Source: a virus
Length of the DNA stretch: 64,000 bases
Reading direction: 5' to 3' (one strand)
IMG/VR virus record: IMGVR_UViG_3300010354_000069
Span: 8,244 to 72,243 of that record
A model generated the notes under the pieces. That model was not told where the DNA came from. It saw only the letters and a program-made list of their open reading frames with translations, and did no database searches. Positions within the stretch are counted from its first letter, which is position 1. Every line of letters begins with the position of its first letter. This document shows positions 63,108-64,000 of the stretch, one piece after another. Made by a program: the position numbers and the translations under genes.

Positions 63108-63656
63108 TCAGATCGATACATGGTCTAGGTCACCAAGGTTCACTAGACCGATTGCAGACGTAAAGTCTTCAGGGATGATTTCAGATGCAAACATCAGCGG
63201 GAATGCGTGTACGCCGGCGTGCTCAAGGAACTTGGCAACAAAGCTCGAGCAGATGAACGAGTCTTCTGGCCACTCAAGAACACGACGAACACCCAGCTTG
63301 CGCAGGATGTAGATCCACAGGTAGCTCATCCACCCGTAGGTGGTCTTGCCGATGCGCCCGCGAGCCCAAGCAAGACCTTTCTTTAGTTCCCACTCGGGTG
63401 TCATCGGGCGGAGTACGGCGCACTTGAATGGGTACTTGCCCCCAAGGGCTACACCAGTGTTGGTATAGGCCGTAAGCTCACCTGACCCCTCCCAGACAGC
63501 TACGTGGACGTAGGTTGAGCGGCGGCCTATTACAAGTGCCTGAGCCAACTCGATACCTAGAAACGCCAGAAAGTCTTCATCGACGTAATAAGCAAGTACG
63601 TCGCCTGGCTCCAAGTCTTCTAGAGTAAGCACAGTGCTTAGACCCCATCTAACCAA
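63108..63656 (-). CDS. Permuted papain-like NlpC/P60 (YiiX-like) enzyme
   Basis: LEPGDVL, YVHVAV (His) before FICSSFVA (Cys), IG..Y, PEDF. Confidence 0.8.
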   Translation of the reverse strand: MVRWGLSTVLTLEDLEPGDVLAYYVDEDFLAFLGIELAQALVIGRRSTYVHVAVWEGSGELTAYTNTGVALGGKYPFKCAVLRPMTPEWELKKGLAWARGRIGKTTYGWMSYLWIYILRKLGVRRVLEWPEDSFICSSFVAKFLEHAGVHAFPLMFASEIIPEDFTSAIGLVNLGDLDHVSI

Positions 63657-64000
63657 GCAGCGCGCTTTTCTATTGGAGCGTGCTGACGTTTAAGCATGTT
63701 GTGGCTTCTGTAGGGGCTCATCGCCGAGTGTGTTGTTACATCTGTAGAGGGGCTAGTGCCGGTCCAGTTAAGTTGGTACCCTTTATACGTGATTATGCGA
63801 TTTCTCCTAAGCCCCGTAAAAGAATCACTAAAATCATATACTGTTGAAGCGCTATCCGGAACTTCAAGATACACCATGCCTTGTCCTGTAATAAGGAATT
63901 CCCATCTACTCGCATCACACGTTGCGTCTGTTCTTGTAAGTTCTACGGCACCTATATAGGGTGCGCTAACGGTAGGACCTGTTGAAGGAATAGGGTCTAC
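63638..64000 (-). CDS. Hypothetical protein, 5' end outside the window
   Basis: Frame of ORF 63638..63877 is open to position 64000. Confidence 0.55.
   Translation of the reverse strand, partial: VDPIPSTGPTVSAPYIGAVELTRTDATCDASRWEFLITGQGMVYLEVPDSASTVYDFSDSFTGLRRNRIITYKGYQLNWTGTSPSTDVTTHSAMSPYRSHNMLKRQHAPIEKRAAWLDGV

Noticed and set aside
1-64000. tRNA, rRNA or integrase genes
   Set aside because: None recognised by eye; coding density leaves little room outside 3.6-4.1 kb

Overview
This window is part of a large tailed dsDNA phage genome (standard code 11, host-type sigma70 promoters, no integrase or tRNA seen). Two arms converge at ~32.31 kb. The + arm (0.3-32.3 kb) is a replication, recombination and nucleotide module: vWA-metallopeptidase plus MoxR ATPase, family A DNA polymerase, beta clamp, DnaX- and delta-like clamp-loader subunits, DEDDh exonuclease, primase, three helicases, RNase HII, a UDG-like protein, two methyltransferases, class II RNR, resolvase-like and Cas4/RecB-like nucleases, HU and an Hfq-like protein. 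The - arm (32.3-64 kb) is structural and lytic: holin, NlpC/P60, tail/baseplate proteins, amidase, large terminase and a 5866-aa giant protein. Two things stand out. (1) After PLD, transglycosylase and M23 domains, the giant protein has four internal signal-peptide-like cassettes (basic, hydrophobic, P-A-E-A|A/S, short loop, second TM) every ~400 aa. They delimit alternating zincin and ADP-ribosyltransferase-like domains, which suggests an effector polyprotein processed by host signal peptidase. (2) A non-coding locus at 3.6-4.05 kb holds two tandem minus-strand promoters. One drives a terminated ~115-nt sRNA that is complementary to repeated elements in the second, switch-like RNA. All calls come from reading motifs by eye; no database searches were run.
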